This document shows positions 10,167 to 20,651 of a stretch of DNA of 64,000 nt, in pieces; position 1 is the first letter of the stretch, and each line of letters starts with the position of its first letter. Under the pieces are notes generated by a model. It was not told the origin of the DNA and searched no databases. It was given only the letters and a program-made list of their open reading frames with translations. The DNA lies in the NCBI GenBank assembly GCA_963422525.1, contig OY730226.1, positions 515,844-579,843 of the forward strand, in the 5' to 3' direction. Origin of the DNA: Dehalococcoidia bacterium. GTDB lineage: Bacteria; Chloroflexota; Dehalococcoidia; Lucifugimonadales; JADFKI01. The translations under genes were made by a program, and so were the position numbers.

Positions 10167-10379
10167 ATGACAGAAGATAAACTAAGAATTGAATCTGAAA
10201 CTGTTCTGCTGGAGATTCCAAGGGATGACTGGACAATGATTCTGGACTACATATACGGCAACCTGGAGTGGGACAGCAATTCCCCTGGAAAAGAGGCTAT
10301 GTATGCCGCAATGGGCAGGATAAGAAACGCTCACTACTTCTACGATATACAGGAGAAGAGTGAGCCTGGCATTGGATAA
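10167..10379 (+). CDS. Small hypothetical protein
   Basis: 70-aa ORF in low-GC island. Confidence 0.45.
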   Translation: MTEDKLRIESETVLLEIPRDDWTMILDYIYGNLEWDSNSPGKEAMYAAMGRIRNAHYFYDIQEKSEPGIG

Positions 10380-10512
10380 GGTCTAAGCAGATCCAACTTC
10401 AATCTCAATGATGTGAACTCTCGGAAGCAAAGTAGACTTAGGCGACTCGAAGTGTAACACGAGCGACTTTGTTAATCGTCCTGCTTGGCAAAAGTACAAG
10501 TAGAGGTTTCTA

Positions 10513-10791
10513 ATGCCTGACAACGAACCTATTATACCCAGAACTAGAATGATCACTGATCCTGTTGTGCCTACTGTCATGTCGTATGTTGCGCTTCGCA
10601 GGGCTGCTGATCATTATGACAATCAAGCGCTGGTTGATTTCTACGATGACATTATTCAAGTGTATGAAAAGCACGACATGGATAACGAATCTATATGGAA
10701 TCTAAATTGGAAAATGGTGAATTTCTGCAGCGAGCTGCTTACAGTCCATGAGAAGCATGACATGAGCGGTGAGATTGAGTGGAGTAAATGA
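10513..10791 (+). CDS. Small hypothetical protein
   Basis: 92-aa acidic ORF, GAGG RBS; internal repeat YEKHDM/HEKHDM. Confidence 0.5.
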   Translation: MPDNEPIIPRTRMITDPVVPTVMSYVALRRAADHYDNQALVDFYDDIIQVYEKHDMDNESIWNLNWKMVNFCSELLTVHEKHDMSGEIEWSK

Positions 10792-10807
10792 GCGCTCTAT
10801 CCCGTCG

Positions 10808-11728
10808 CTACACCACGAACAGCGGCTCCCTCATTGTGATGATGCGGGTTTCGGCGGCGACGGCTTGGCGCAGGAACTTGGGGACGGCGAACATGCCCCG
10901 GTGCGCGATGCCGTCGTAGCTGCGTAGTTCTCCTGCGACGCGCTCGGCGATGCGGCGGTCTATCTCGTCGGCGGGGACGGAGAGCGCGTCGCCGCGCGGC
11001 GCGCCTGTTACGAAGCCCCAGGTCGTGCCGAATGAGGGGATGAATGCTTCGTGTAGATGGGCGGAGGGGAAGACTGCGGCGACGGTGTTCGCTACGGCGG
11101 AGAAGCACTGCTCGTAGAAGGTGGCTCCGGTTGGGCCTGCTTGCGCTACCATGATGCCGCCGGGGTTGAGACGCGCGCGCATTGTGCGGTAGAACTCCTG
11201 CGTGAAGAGCATGTAGGCGGGGCCTGCTTCCAACGGGTCGGGCACGTCTATGATGGCGATATCGAAGCGCTCGTCGGTCGTCTGGATGTATCGAAGCGCG
11301 TCTTCGTGTCGCAGATGCAGGCGCGGGTCTTCGAATGCGCCTTGATGGTGGTTGGGCAGGTACCGTTTGCACATGTCCACCACTAGCTTGTCCAAGTCCA
11401 CCATGACCACGCGCTCTACGGAGTTGTGGCGCAGGGCTTCTCGCGCGGTCGCGCCCTCGCCGCCGCCTGCGATGAACACTGAGCGCGGCGCGGGATGCGC
11501 TATCATCGCCGGCTGCGCGAGCGCCTCGTGGTACACGAACTCGTCAAGCTCGGTGGATTGCGTCTTGTCGTCGAGCACGAGGCTTCTGCCGAAACATTCG
11601 GCGTCGTGGATGCGCACATGCTGATACGGCGAGTCGTCCTCGAAGAGCACCTCGCGGATGCGCTCAAGTTGCATCAGCCCGTCGGTGATTAGCTCATAGT
11701 GCCAGTTGCCTTTGGGGGGAGTGTTCAC
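10808..11728 (-). CDS. speE: Polyamine aminopropyltransferase (spermidine synthase)
   Basis: DEFVYHEAL, GGGEGATAREAL, IIDVPDP motifs; downstream of speD. Confidence 0.93.
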   Translation of the reverse strand: MNTPPKGNWHYELITDGLMQLERIREVLFEDDSPYQHVRIHDAECFGRSLVLDDKTQSTELDEFVYHEALAQPAMIAHPAPRSVFIAGGGEGATAREALRHNSVERVVMVDLDKLVVDMCKRYLPNHHQGAFEDPRLHLRHEDALRYIQTTDERFDIAIIDVPDPLEAGPAYMLFTQEFYRTMRARLNPGGIMVAQAGPTGATFYEQCFSAVANTVAAVFPSAHLHEAFIPSFGTTWGFVTGAPRGDALSVPADEIDRRIAERVAGELRSYDGIAHRGMFAVPKFLRQAVAAETRIITMREPLFVV

Positions 11729-11741
11729 GGGCTGTCAGTAA

Positions 11742-12116
11742 TCAGTATGCCAGTGCGCTGATTGCGCCGCGCTTGAATTCGGTTATGTCGCGCTGAGTGG
11801 ATTGCAGGCTCTCGGCGATGCGACTGGCAGCCTTGTGCGGCTTGAAGTCGTCGCCGCATGTGAAGATGTCCACGGCGGCGTAGGCGTGCTCGGGCCAGGT
11901 GTGGATGCTGATGTGCGATTCGGCGATGCATACTATGCCGGTTACTCCGACCGGCGCGAACTTGTGGAACACTTCGCCGACGATGGTCGCGCCCGCCTCC
12001 GCCGCCGCGACGAGCAACACCTGCTTCACCAATTCCATGTCATCCAGCAGCGCTGGGTCGCAGTCGTTTAGCTCCACCAGCAGGTGTGTGCCTAATGTTC
12101 TGGGCGGTGCATTCAA
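11742..12116 (-). CDS. speD: S-adenosylmethionine decarboxylase proenzyme
   Basis: ESHISIHTWPE self-cleavage motif, DIFTCG. Confidence 0.93.
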   Translation of the reverse strand: MNAPPRTLGTHLLVELNDCDPALLDDMELVKQVLLVAAAEAGATIVGEVFHKFAPVGVTGIVCIAESHISIHTWPEHAYAAVDIFTCGDDFKPHKAASRIAESLQSTQRDITEFKRGAISALAY

Positions 12117-12296
12117 TCACCTGGCCTCCGTCGTGCCAATTCTAGGTTTGAACACATATTATACAGATTTCAAACATGGATATACAGACGAGGCATGGGC
12201 TGATAGCGCGCGCGGATTTTCAACAGGCGCAGAACAGGGATGGAGAGAACGGGATGGTCGGTGGTAAAATCTTGTGTATCTATGTGAATATTGTGA

Positions 12297-12971
12297 ATGC
12301 TCTTGGAGGTTTGGCGAATGATAGTGGAGTGGATACCTGACGATGCGCCGGGGAGCGCGCTGTTTCCTGAGTATGAGACGCTGTGTGAGCTGATAGTGAA
12401 AGAGGTCGAGGGGCTGACGGATGAGCAGCTTGACTGGGCTTCCGACCGCTGGGAGTGGGCGCGCTGGAGCATCCGACGGCAGACGAGCCACATGGCGTCG
12501 CTGCTGTTCCGTTGGCTTGTTGTGCGCTGGGGGGATACGCTCTATCCTGACGGCGAGCACGGCGTTGATGATGTGCGGGGCGTGGCGATGTCTGACAATG
12601 ACAGGGCGCTGGATACGCGCTACCATAGCATGGATGTGATACTTGATAAGCTGCGCGAAGGGATGGCGTTGGCGCAGGCGGCGCTGGCGGAGCGCACGGC
12701 AGGGTTTTTGCGCGCGCATACGCTGGTAACGTCGTATGACGCGCGCCGCGAGTTTATCAACAGGGCGCATCCACATGGGATCACGATGGACGCGGAGGCG
12801 GGCACCGAAACTACGACGCTGGAGGCGACCTTTCGGCATATGTACTTCGAGGAGACGACGCACCTTTACAATATTCAACGCCTTAAGCGGGCGCAAGGGC
12901 TGCCGACGGTGGTGGATGTGCCGCGCGTGGGGTACTGGGCGCTGGACGGGTGGGACAGGAGCGAGGCGTAG
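12297..12971 (+). CDS. DinB/DUF664-family protein
   Basis: EGLTDEQLDW, WSIRRQTSHM, HMYFEETTHLYNI; start may be 12318. Confidence 0.7.
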   Translation: MLLEVWRMIVEWIPDDAPGSALFPEYETLCELIVKEVEGLTDEQLDWASDRWEWARWSIRRQTSHMASLLFRWLVVRWGDTLYPDGEHGVDDVRGVAMSDNDRALDTRYHSMDVILDKLREGMALAQAALAERTAGFLRAHTLVTSYDARREFINRAHPHGITMDAEAGTETTTLEATFRHMYFEETTHLYNIQRLKRAQGLPTVVDVPRVGYWALDGWDRSEA

Positions 12972-13028
12972 TGGTATGGGAGCTGCTCAGGCTGGAGGTT
13001 TTGCCCCCTCCCCCATTTACGCTTCGGT

Positions 13029-15722
13029 TTACTCGGGGCAGAAGCGATGGTAGGAAGTATATTCGCAAGGGGTTTTGCCGGAATCGTTTCGCAGGCTGAG
13101 GTCTGGGTCTCTGTCGAGCAGCACGTCGAGCAGCATATTCAATAGTTCAATAGCATCTTTAGGGAAAAACTCCGAATTCAATTCTTTTACAGATCTGAAA
13201 CCGAACTTTTGGGCGACGAGGTGCAACAGTGTGTTTCCATTCTCGTATCTGGCATTGATGTCCACATCCGTGTGATCCAGCAATGCCTTTATTGTGTAGG
13301 GATGTGGGCCCTCATTGATGGCAAAAAGCAGGGTGTCGATATCGGCGTCGGCGCCGCGTTCCAGCAGTAATTTTACGATCAATGGATTCATTCTTTGTAT
13401 TGCGTCTTGGAGAGGTGTAATTCTCTTCAGTCTTGTAGGGACCGTCGTGGTCGATGTCTCAGTGTCTACGGCTATTGTAGGCGCATAATTCCTGGCTCTT
13501 CTGTCTGCCTCGATATTTACATCCGCGCCGTAGTTCAGCAGCAGTCTTGCCATTGTAGGTTTACCGGAGTTTAACCGTGTCGATATATGTAATAGCGTCG
13601 AATTTTCAATATCGTTTATAGGCGATAGGGCGTGAATATCCGCCCCTCTTTTCAGCAACAACTCAGCGACTGCCAGCCTTTCCTGCTGCACGGCGTCATG
13701 CAAAGGCGTATTGCCGTCTCTCACCCACGCCTTAACGCGAAAAACATCGATGTCAGCGCCGTTATCCAGCAGCGAAGCGGCTATTGCAGGCTCTTCGTTC
13801 GTGGCGGCGGCATAGTGCAGCGGCGTCGCCCCAGACGCAGTCCTGAGGTTGACATCGATGCCTTGGTCCAACAGCAGTTGGATAATTGCGGGGTCTTTGA
13901 CTCTCTTTGCTGCATGGTGCAAGGCGAGTCGGCTTCCATCATGAAGGTAGGCGCCTTCCCCTCGATTCAGCAGGGTGCGTACATCATCTAAGGTCGCATG
14001 CGCCCAGAAACGCCAGGCGCATAGCATGCCGCATCTAGGGTCGGCGTTCCGTAAAGGTTTATGCTCCGGGCACAGGCGGTAATGTGTTGTGGTGTTATAG
14101 ATTGCGCCTGGACTCCACTCCAGATATTCACATATTGATGGTTTAGGGAACTGGTCTCCCCAATTGCCGGTGTCTGCGCCGTAGTCTAACAGCAGTTCGA
14201 TGATGGGCAGATCCATTTGCATAAGCGCTTGCTGCAGGGTGGTTCGATCGGTGGGTATATTGACATCGGCGCCACGCTCTAACAGCAACTTGGTGATTTC
14301 AAAGTTGCCTCCCCATTCCATGGATTGGTCAAGTGGCGGGATGGATGTTTCGCGATCATTGATTTCAGCCCCGTTGTTTAGCAGCAGCTCCGTTACCGCT
14401 GCGCTGTTCAATACCGCAAGGGTTAGAGGGGATTGTCTTCCCAACATAGGATGATCCCGGACATCATTAATTTCTAATCCATGCTTTAATAGCAGTTCCA
14501 CGACCGCCGGGTTTTTGTTATATTCCGCTGCTCGATGCAAAGCCGACATTTCGTTCTCGCCGTATGCGTATGGGTCTGCGCCGCGCTCCAACAGCGCTTC
14601 TAATACGGACGGCTCCGGATTATGCTTTGCCGCTAGAAATAGAGGGGTTTGCCCATCTACGTTTCTCACATCGATGTCTGTGGCGCTTTCAATTAGGAAC
14701 ACAACCGTTTCGGGGGATTGATTTAGCATGGCCGCGTAGTGCAGCGGCAAGCTCTGGTAGGCTTCGTCGCCAACGGTTAGCGTTGGTCTTCCGTCAAAAT
14801 TCAACAGAGCTCTGATCACTGCCACTTCGTTGTACGCTGCGGCGATGTGTAGAGGTGTCATTTCTTGGTAAAAAAAGTTACCTGTGCGCGCGTTGATGTC
14901 TGCGCCTTCATCCAGCAGTAGATTAACCACTGCTGGATTGTTGTTCGCTGCCGCAAGGTGTAGAGGGCTGATATTGATGAAGTACATAGGGTCGGGCTCC
15001 GCGCGAGGGGTGGGGTGCGGAATGGGGTAAGGATTCATATCATCAAACCGCCTATCAAACACTGCTGCCCTGTTCGCCATTATAAGGCGTCGAGGTCTGA
15101 CAGCGATGAAGTGCACAGGGTCGGAATGCATATCATCCACATCCGGGAAGAATGTTACTGCGTTGGATCTTATTTGCGTATTCACATCCGATCCCCCATC
15201 TAGCAACGCTTTTGTTATTGCCGGTTCTGCGTTGTATGCGGCGGCAAGGTGTAAAGGTTCGAATGCATAGTCGTCGAGGGCTTCAATGTCTGCGCCACGT
15301 TCGAGCATCAGCCGTATTACTGATACATCTTTGCTGTACATTGCAGCAAGGTGTAGGGGAGTTTGGCCATAAAGGTTTGTAGATTTGAGATTGGCGCCGC
15401 CACGCACCTCGTGGAGAATCTCTTGAGTGTCTGCATTGCGCCAGAAGTCCTCATCACACAGGTGGCCGCATATGAGCGATATTGCAGTTTGAACAGGCGC
15501 GGGTGTTGTGGTTGGCGATGGGACTACGGTTGGTCTTGGCGCGGCGTTCTGCGCTGCCGTTATTGCTGTAGATGCGTCGGGTACGACGATTGAGGTCGCT
15601 GCAAGTACAGCGATGTCAGGTTCTTGATCCGCAGCTTCGCTGTACGCCTGCACAGCAAAGGAGAGCGCCAACAATATGCTTGGCAGCGCCAGATATTTGA
15701 GTAGGGATGCTAAAGTTTGCAT
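13029..15722 (-). CDS. Secreted ankyrin-repeat protein with two Cys-capped ankyrin modules
   Basis: Signal-like N-terminus, Pro/Thr linker, many TPLHxAA...LLxxGAD repeats. Confidence 0.9.
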   Translation of the reverse strand: MQTLASLLKYLALPSILLALSFAVQAYSEAADQEPDIAVLAATSIVVPDASTAITAAQNAAPRPTVVPSPTTTPAPVQTAISLICGHLCDEDFWRNADTQEILHEVRGGANLKSTNLYGQTPLHLAAMYSKDVSVIRLMLERGADIEALDDYAFEPLHLAAAYNAEPAITKALLDGGSDVNTQIRSNAVTFFPDVDDMHSDPVHFIAVRPRRLIMANRAAVFDRRFDDMNPYPIPHPTPRAEPDPMYFINISPLHLAAANNNPAVVNLLLDEGADINARTGNFFYQEMTPLHIAAAYNEVAVIRALLNFDGRPTLTVGDEAYQSLPLHYAAMLNQSPETVVFLIESATDIDVRNVDGQTPLFLAAKHNPEPSVLEALLERGADPYAYGENEMSALHRAAEYNKNPAVVELLLKHGLEINDVRDHPMLGRQSPLTLAVLNSAAVTELLLNNGAEINDRETSIPPLDQSMEWGGNFEITKLLLERGADVNIPTDRTTLQQALMQMDLPIIELLLDYGADTGNWGDQFPKPSICEYLEWSPGAIYNTTTHYRLCPEHKPLRNADPRCGMLCAWRFWAHATLDDVRTLLNRGEGAYLHDGSRLALHHAAKRVKDPAIIQLLLDQGIDVNLRTASGATPLHYAAATNEEPAIAASLLDNGADIDVFRVKAWVRDGNTPLHDAVQQERLAVAELLLKRGADIHALSPINDIENSTLLHISTRLNSGKPTMARLLLNYGADVNIEADRRARNYAPTIAVDTETSTTTVPTRLKRITPLQDAIQRMNPLIVKLLLERGADADIDTLLFAINEGPHPYTIKALLDHTDVDINARYENGNTLLHLVAQKFGFRSVKELNSEFFPKDAIELLNMLLDVLLDRDPDLSLRNDSGKTPCEYTSYHRFCPE

Positions 15723-15754
15723 AGGTTGTACTTTTTTATTTAGATATGACAGCG

Positions 15755-16166
15755 TTAGGGTCCCCTCAACTCGGGGAAATAGGTTCTGTAAAATCCGTTA
15801 TCGCGTGTGAGGAAGGTGTCGGCTGTAGCTAATGCATGCGCTCCGATGAGGAAATCGGGCAGTAGGCGCGTGTTCGCGTGCCGCCGGCTTGGCGGTATCG
15901 CTGCCAGCGCAACCCTGCTTCGTAGGCGATTTCGACATCGATGGGCGAGAACGCCACACTGAAGTTAGTCAAAGCTTCGTCCAAGTCGTCCTTGCTAAGT
16001 CGTCCTTGCTATTGAAGGATGGAACGAGTTCCGCATATACGGCAGCGCAGATGATTACATCGCCTCTGATGCGGGCAGTGTCAATCCAATCCCTTGATTG
16101 AGCGGCATAAGGTGGATTGCCTTGAAACACATCTAGGAGGATATTCGTATCCACTGCCGTTATCAT
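15755..16166 (-). pseudogene. vapC: VapC (PIN) toxin, frameshifted
   Basis: MITAVDTNILLD...YAEL; perfect 14-bp tandem duplication 15983-16010 and a second shift near 15868; C-terminus [10 protein letters not shown]...FLTRD...FPEL in another frame. Confidence 0.8.
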
Positions 16167-16645
16167 ACTCTTCCTCGGACGATGTCCATGTACTCATCCG
16201 CGGACATGCCCAATTTTCTGACACCGCGAATGTTATCTAGCGGGTGTGTCCCCGGCTTGCGCCTCTGAACGAGAATTCCTTCGTCTGCTCGAACGCAGTC
16301 GATCTCCACATTCGGGGTTATGCCGTAGTCTTCTCGCATGCGCCCGGGGATGGTGATTTGCCCTTCTTCATTGATTTGCATCTTGCGCTTTTTGATGAGA
16401 AGCCCGTCGTCGGTAAGGATGATGTCAACCGACATATCTTCGGCTATTCCGAAATGCTCTCGCAGCGGCTTAGGCACGACGAAACGCTTTTCTTCGTCGA
16501 ATTGCATCTTGCGGTTTTTGATGAGAAGCCCATCGTCGGTCGGAATAATGTCAACTTCTGCGTCTTCGTTGATGCCAAAGCGGTTTCTCATCGCGCTGGG
16601 GATGGTGATTTGCCCTGTTTCGGTGATCCGCATGGCTTGCTCCAT
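16163..16645 (-). CDS. AbrB/MazE-family antitoxin with three tandem AbrB domains
   Basis: Three ~42-aa repeats of GQITIP..R..FGI....V.I....DG.L(I/V); ATGA overlap with vapC. Confidence 0.85.
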   Translation of the reverse strand: MEQAMRITETGQITIPSAMRNRFGINEDAEVDIIPTDDGLLIKNRKMQFDEEKRFVVPKPLREHFGIAEDMSVDIILTDDGLLIKKRKMQINEEGQITIPGRMREDYGITPNVEIDCVRADEGILVQRRKPGTHPLDNIRGVRKLGMSADEYMDIVRGRV

Positions 16646-16702
16646 AACGAGTTATGGCTGCGTGAAACTGCATTCATTGTAGCGTGCGGATTGCGGCGCG
16701 CC

Positions 16703-17905
16703 TTAAGCCGTCTCGCGCATGCGGCGTCGCACATCGTCAGGGATTGCGCGGATGCGGCGGCGGGTGGGCGAGTCGTGGCGGCTTGCGACGCTGACGGCGG
16801 CTTCCGATATGAGCGCCACGCCGCCGAGGTAGTCGGATACGCTGATGCACTCTGAGTCCACGCCGCCGTCGGGGTCGGGGATGCTTGTGGTGGCGTTGTG
16901 CCAGTTGCCTAGCGGGAATGCCAGCCCCGTTACCTTGTATCCGAAGACGGCGAACGCAGTCGCTTCGCATCCGCCGCCGCTCATAAGCTGGCGCTGCGCC
17001 TTAAAGCCGCCGTCCCTTGCTTGAAGGCTGTGCTGCGCGGCGATGAAGACCTGCTCCGCGTCGGCGTCGAAGGTATAGACGCGGTCGCCGGTGCGGATGA
17101 CGGGACCTTCGCCCTGTGTCACACCTGGGATGATAGGGCTGGCTTCGACGGATACGACTATCGTGTTCTCGGGCAGCGTGCGTGCCTCTGCCATCAGCCG
17201 CGCGCCGAACAGCCCGCCCTCTTCCGCGCGCGTGAACACGGCGTAGAAGTCTGTCGCTGCTGCGTTCTCGACCAGTTGCTCCAGCGCCGACAGGATTGCG
17301 GCGCAGCCGGCGAGGTCGTCCGCCGCGCGCATGCGGATGATGTCATCTTTGATGCCAAAGTCCGGCAAGTCGAACACTACCGCTGCCGGCAAAGTCAAAT
17401 CGGCGACCGATTTCAGACGCACTCCGACTAGCCTGTTGTCGCCGGCTGCGGCTGCATGCTGCGCGATGGCTTCGGGCGGCAAGGGTAGAATGTCGGCGGG
17501 TATGCGCTCGCCGTCGGGCATCAGTACGAGCGCCGGGGTGGGCTTTGTCATGGATGCCGCCGGCACGCCCCCGAGCGCCCTTGCGATGTATTTCGTTCCC
17601 CTGCTATCTGCCGCGTCGTCCGTATCCGATGCGTCGTCGGGACAGAAAATTTCGTAGCCGGGATGGTCCATATGCGCTACGAAGGCGATAGGCGGGGGGC
17701 GCTCCGCGTCGGGGAGAGATGCGATGCGCGGGCTGACATAGCGCGCTATGATGTTGCCGAAGTCGTCGCGGCGGCAGTCCACGCCGTTGAGCGCGCTGAC
17801 CGCATTTAGGATGTGCTGAGCGACCGCCCATTCGTGGAATGGCGCGGCTGGATTTTTCGCTAGTTCCGCCAATATGTCCAGCGCGCGTTGTTCCTGTTTG
17901 TTCAT
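16703..17905 (-). CDS. M20/M28/M42-family metallohydrolase
   Basis: AHMDHPG, AADDLAGC, TRAEEGG, C-terminal WHN motifs. Confidence 0.75.
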   Translation of the reverse strand: MNKQEQRALDILAELAKNPAAPFHEWAVAQHILNAVSALNGVDCRRDDFGNIIARYVSPRIASLPDAERPPPIAFVAHMDHPGYEIFCPDDASDTDDAADSRGTKYIARALGGVPAASMTKPTPALVLMPDGERIPADILPLPPEAIAQHAAAAGDNRLVGVRLKSVADLTLPAAVVFDLPDFGIKDDIIRMRAADDLAGCAAILSALEQLVENAAATDFYAVFTRAEEGGLFGARLMAEARTLPENTIVVSVEASPIIPGVTQGEGPVIRTGDRVYTFDADAEQVFIAAQHSLQARDGGFKAQRQLMSGGGCEATAFAVFGYKVTGLAFPLGNWHNATTSIPDPDGGVDSECISVSDYLGGVALISEAAVSVASRHDSPTRRRIRAIPDDVRRRMRETA

Positions 17906-17919
17906 GGTGATAGTCTAAC

Positions 17920-20499
17920 ATGGATAGAGGGTACGGATGGGCTATAATGAAGGCTATGGTTTCACGAAGACAAGGTGGGCGCGCCGTTAGCGCCGCAGAA
18001 CAGATACTGGACGGGTTGAACACTAACCAGCGCGAGGCTGTGGAGGCGATCGACGGGCCGCTGCTCATCATCGCTGGGCCCGGCAGCGGCAAGACGCGCG
18101 TCATAACGCACCGCATCGCCTACATAACGCGCGTGGTGGGCATTACGCCGTATCGCATCGCCGCATTAACTTTCACGAATAAGGCGGCGCGTGAGATGCG
18201 CCAACGGCTAATCCCGCTGCTTGGGCAGGCGGCGGAGCGGCTGACCACATCCACATTCCATGCCTTCTGCGCGGCGGCGCTGCGGCGTGAGGGCGAGCAT
18301 ATCGGGCTCAACCGCGAGTTCGCTATATACGACGACGCCGACCAGATGGCGCTGATGAAGCGCGCGCTCATCGAGCTTGAGCTTGACCCTAAGCGCTTCC
18401 CGCCGCGCTCGATATTGTCCGCCGTGTCGGGCGCGAAAAGCCAGCTTCTCGGCGTTGAGGGGCTGGCGCACCGCTCCGCCAGCTACTGGGACGAGATTGT
18501 GGCGCGCGCCTACGAACACTATGAGGACTTGCTGCGGCAGTGCTCGGCGTTGGACTTCGACGACCTGCTGCTGAAGACACACCAGCTCTTTGAGCGAGCG
18601 CCCGATGTGGCGCAGAAGTATCAAGAGCGATATGTCCACTTCATGATAGACGAGTTCCAGGATACGAATGTGGCGCAGTACGCTATCGCCAAGCAGTTGG
18701 CGCGCCAACATTTGAATATTTGCGTGGTGGGCGACCCTGACCAGTCTATCTACACATGGCGCAACGCCGACATTCGCAACATCCTCAGCTTCCAGGACGA
18801 CTATCCACAGGCGAAGCTCATCGCGCTGGAAGAGAACTATCGGTCCACGCAAACTATCTTGGATGCGGCGCGCAGTCTCATCGCGTCCAACACGCAGCGC
18901 GTGGAGAAGGATTTGTGGACGCGCAACGGTTCCGGTGTGCCGATTGTCATAGCCGAGGGCTATAACGAGGACGAAGAGGCGCGCTTCGTCGTCAGGGAGA
19001 TACAGAGCCTGACGCGCAATCGGCAGTCAGGGGGCAGCAGTCAGGATGGCGTTGCTTCTTCCTCAGGGAGGAATTTGCGCGCAGGCGGCGGGGGCGCTCC
19101 TTCTGGAAGGGGCGGAAGCGCTAGCTTGGGCGACATCGCGGTGATGTATCGGGTGAACGCGCAGTCGCGGGCGCTTGAAGAGGCTTGCCTACGCTATGGC
19201 GTGCCGTATCAAGTGGTGGGCGGGCAGAAGTTCTACCAGCGCCAGGAAGTCAAGGACATCATCGCTTACCTGCGGCTCATCGCCAACCCGAACGACGATG
19301 TGAGCCTGAACCGCGTCATCAACCTGCCGTCTAGGGGTATCGGGCAGCGCACGCTCGACCATCTGGCGCGAACGGCAAGAGACGCCGGCACATCGCAGTT
19401 CGCCGCCATCCGGGCGCTGTCGGGCGGGGGCATAGCGGCGTCGGGCGCCGGTGTCAGCCCGTTCACGTCGCGCGCGCGCGCTGCGCTGATTGGCTTCGGA
19501 AGTCTCATCAGCGACATCGCAGACGAGCGCGAGGACCTCGACCTGCTCGATATTATAGACTTGATATTGGAGCGCAGCGGCTACCAGCGCTGGCTGCTGG
19601 CGCAGCCCGACCGCGGCGAAGAACGCATGGAGAACATCCAGGAATTCCGGGCGTCGGCGCGCGAGTTTCTGCAATTTGGCAGAGCGGAAGCGTTGACGGC
19701 GTTCTTGGAGAGTGTGAGCCTCGTCGCCGATGTGGACCGCATGGATGATAGGGCGGACGCGATAACGCTCATAACGCTGCATCAGGCGAAAGGGTTGGAG
19801 TTTCCCGTCGTGTTCATGGTAGGCATGGAGGAGGGGCTGCTGCCGCACACGCGCTCGATGGACGATGCAGCGCAGTTGGAGGAGGAGCGCCGCCTGTGCT
19901 ATGTCGGCGTTACGCGCGCCAAAGAGAGGCTGTATCTGTTGCGCGCGTTTAGGCGCGGCTTCCGCGGCGGCTCGGAGCCTGGGACGCCCTCGCGCTTCTT
20001 GCTGGATATTCCGCAGGATCTTCTGGCAGCGCCGGCGCAGGGCGTTAGCAGCCAGGCGTCGAGCGCAGGGCGCGGCGTTCAGGGCGTGGATGCGCGGTCG
20101 GCGTCGGCTGAAAGGCGTCCAGAAGGCGCAAGGCGCGGCGTTCGGGGCGTGGATGCGCGGTCGGCGTCGGCCGAAAGGCGTCCAGAAGGCGCAAGGCGCA
20201 CTAAGAGTCCTGCGCCTTCTTCGGCGTCGCGGTCCGATGGTCGAATGCCGACGCGCAGAGGCGGTCGCGCGCCAAACGTCCCGGGCCAGCGCCCTGTTCG
20301 CAGTGGAGGCGGTCGTGCAGCCGAAGCGTCGGTGTATCTGGCGACGGGCGACAAGGTGCGGCATGGAGTATTTGGCGAGGGCATCGTGATGGAGTGCAAG
20401 CCGTCGGGCGGCGACTACGAGGTAAAGGTGGCGTTCAGAGACGGCGCCGGTGTCAAGCGGCTGCTGCAAGGCATGGCGAAGTTGGAGAAGGTTGGGTGA
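17920..20499 (+). CDS. pcrA: ATP-dependent DNA helicase PcrA/UvrD
   Basis: AGPGSGKT, TFTNKAA, DEFQDTN, GDPDQSIY, HQAKGLEF, EERRLCYVG motifs and Tudor-like C-terminus; true start probably slightly downstream. Confidence 0.93.
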   Translation: MDRGYGWAIMKAMVSRRQGGRAVSAAEQILDGLNTNQREAVEAIDGPLLIIAGPGSGKTRVITHRIAYITRVVGITPYRIAALTFTNKAAREMRQRLIPLLGQAAERLTTSTFHAFCAAALRREGEHIGLNREFAIYDDADQMALMKRALIELELDPKRFPPRSILSAVSGAKSQLLGVEGLAHRSASYWDEIVARAYEHYEDLLRQCSALDFDDLLLKTHQLFERAPDVAQKYQERYVHFMIDEFQDTNVAQYAIAKQLARQHLNICVVGDPDQSIYTWRNADIRNILSFQDDYPQAKLIALEENYRSTQTILDAARSLIASNTQRVEKDLWTRNGSGVPIVIAEGYNEDEEARFVVREIQSLTRNRQSGGSSQDGVASSSGRNLRAGGGGAPSGRGGSASLGDIAVMYRVNAQSRALEEACLRYGVPYQVVGGQKFYQRQEVKDIIAYLRLIANPNDDVSLNRVINLPSRGIGQRTLDHLARTARDAGTSQFAAIRALSGGGIAASGAGVSPFTSRARAALIGFGSLISDIADEREDLDLLDIIDLILERSGYQRWLLAQPDRGEERMENIQEFRASAREFLQFGRAEALTAFLESVSLVADVDRMDDRADAITLITLHQAKGLEFPVVFMVGMEEGLLPHTRSMDDAAQLEEERRLCYVGVTRAKERLYLLRAFRRGFRGGSEPGTPSRFLLDIPQDLLAAPAQGVSSQASSAGRGVQGVDARSASAERRPEGARRGVRGVDARSASAERRPEGARRTKSPAPSSASRSDGRMPTRRGGRAPNVPGQRPVRSGGGRAAEASVYLATGDKVRHGVFGEGIVMECKPSGGDYEVKVAFRDGAGVKRLLQGMAKLEKVG
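20069..20194 (+). repeat. 63-bp in-frame tandem duplication in the pcrA C-terminal linker
   Basis: RGVxGVDARSASAERRPEGAR twice. Confidence 0.85.
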
Positions 20500-20651
20500 A
20501 ACGGTGGTACAGGCGTCGACGATGGTGGTACAGGCGTCGACGATAATGTGGCTACTAGTGGGCTGTTATCTGAATGGCGGTCTGCGCATATCCTGTTGCA
20601 AGGATGATATTTTTGGAATCCGTATCGGATAGAAATGAAGAGGGTGATAGG

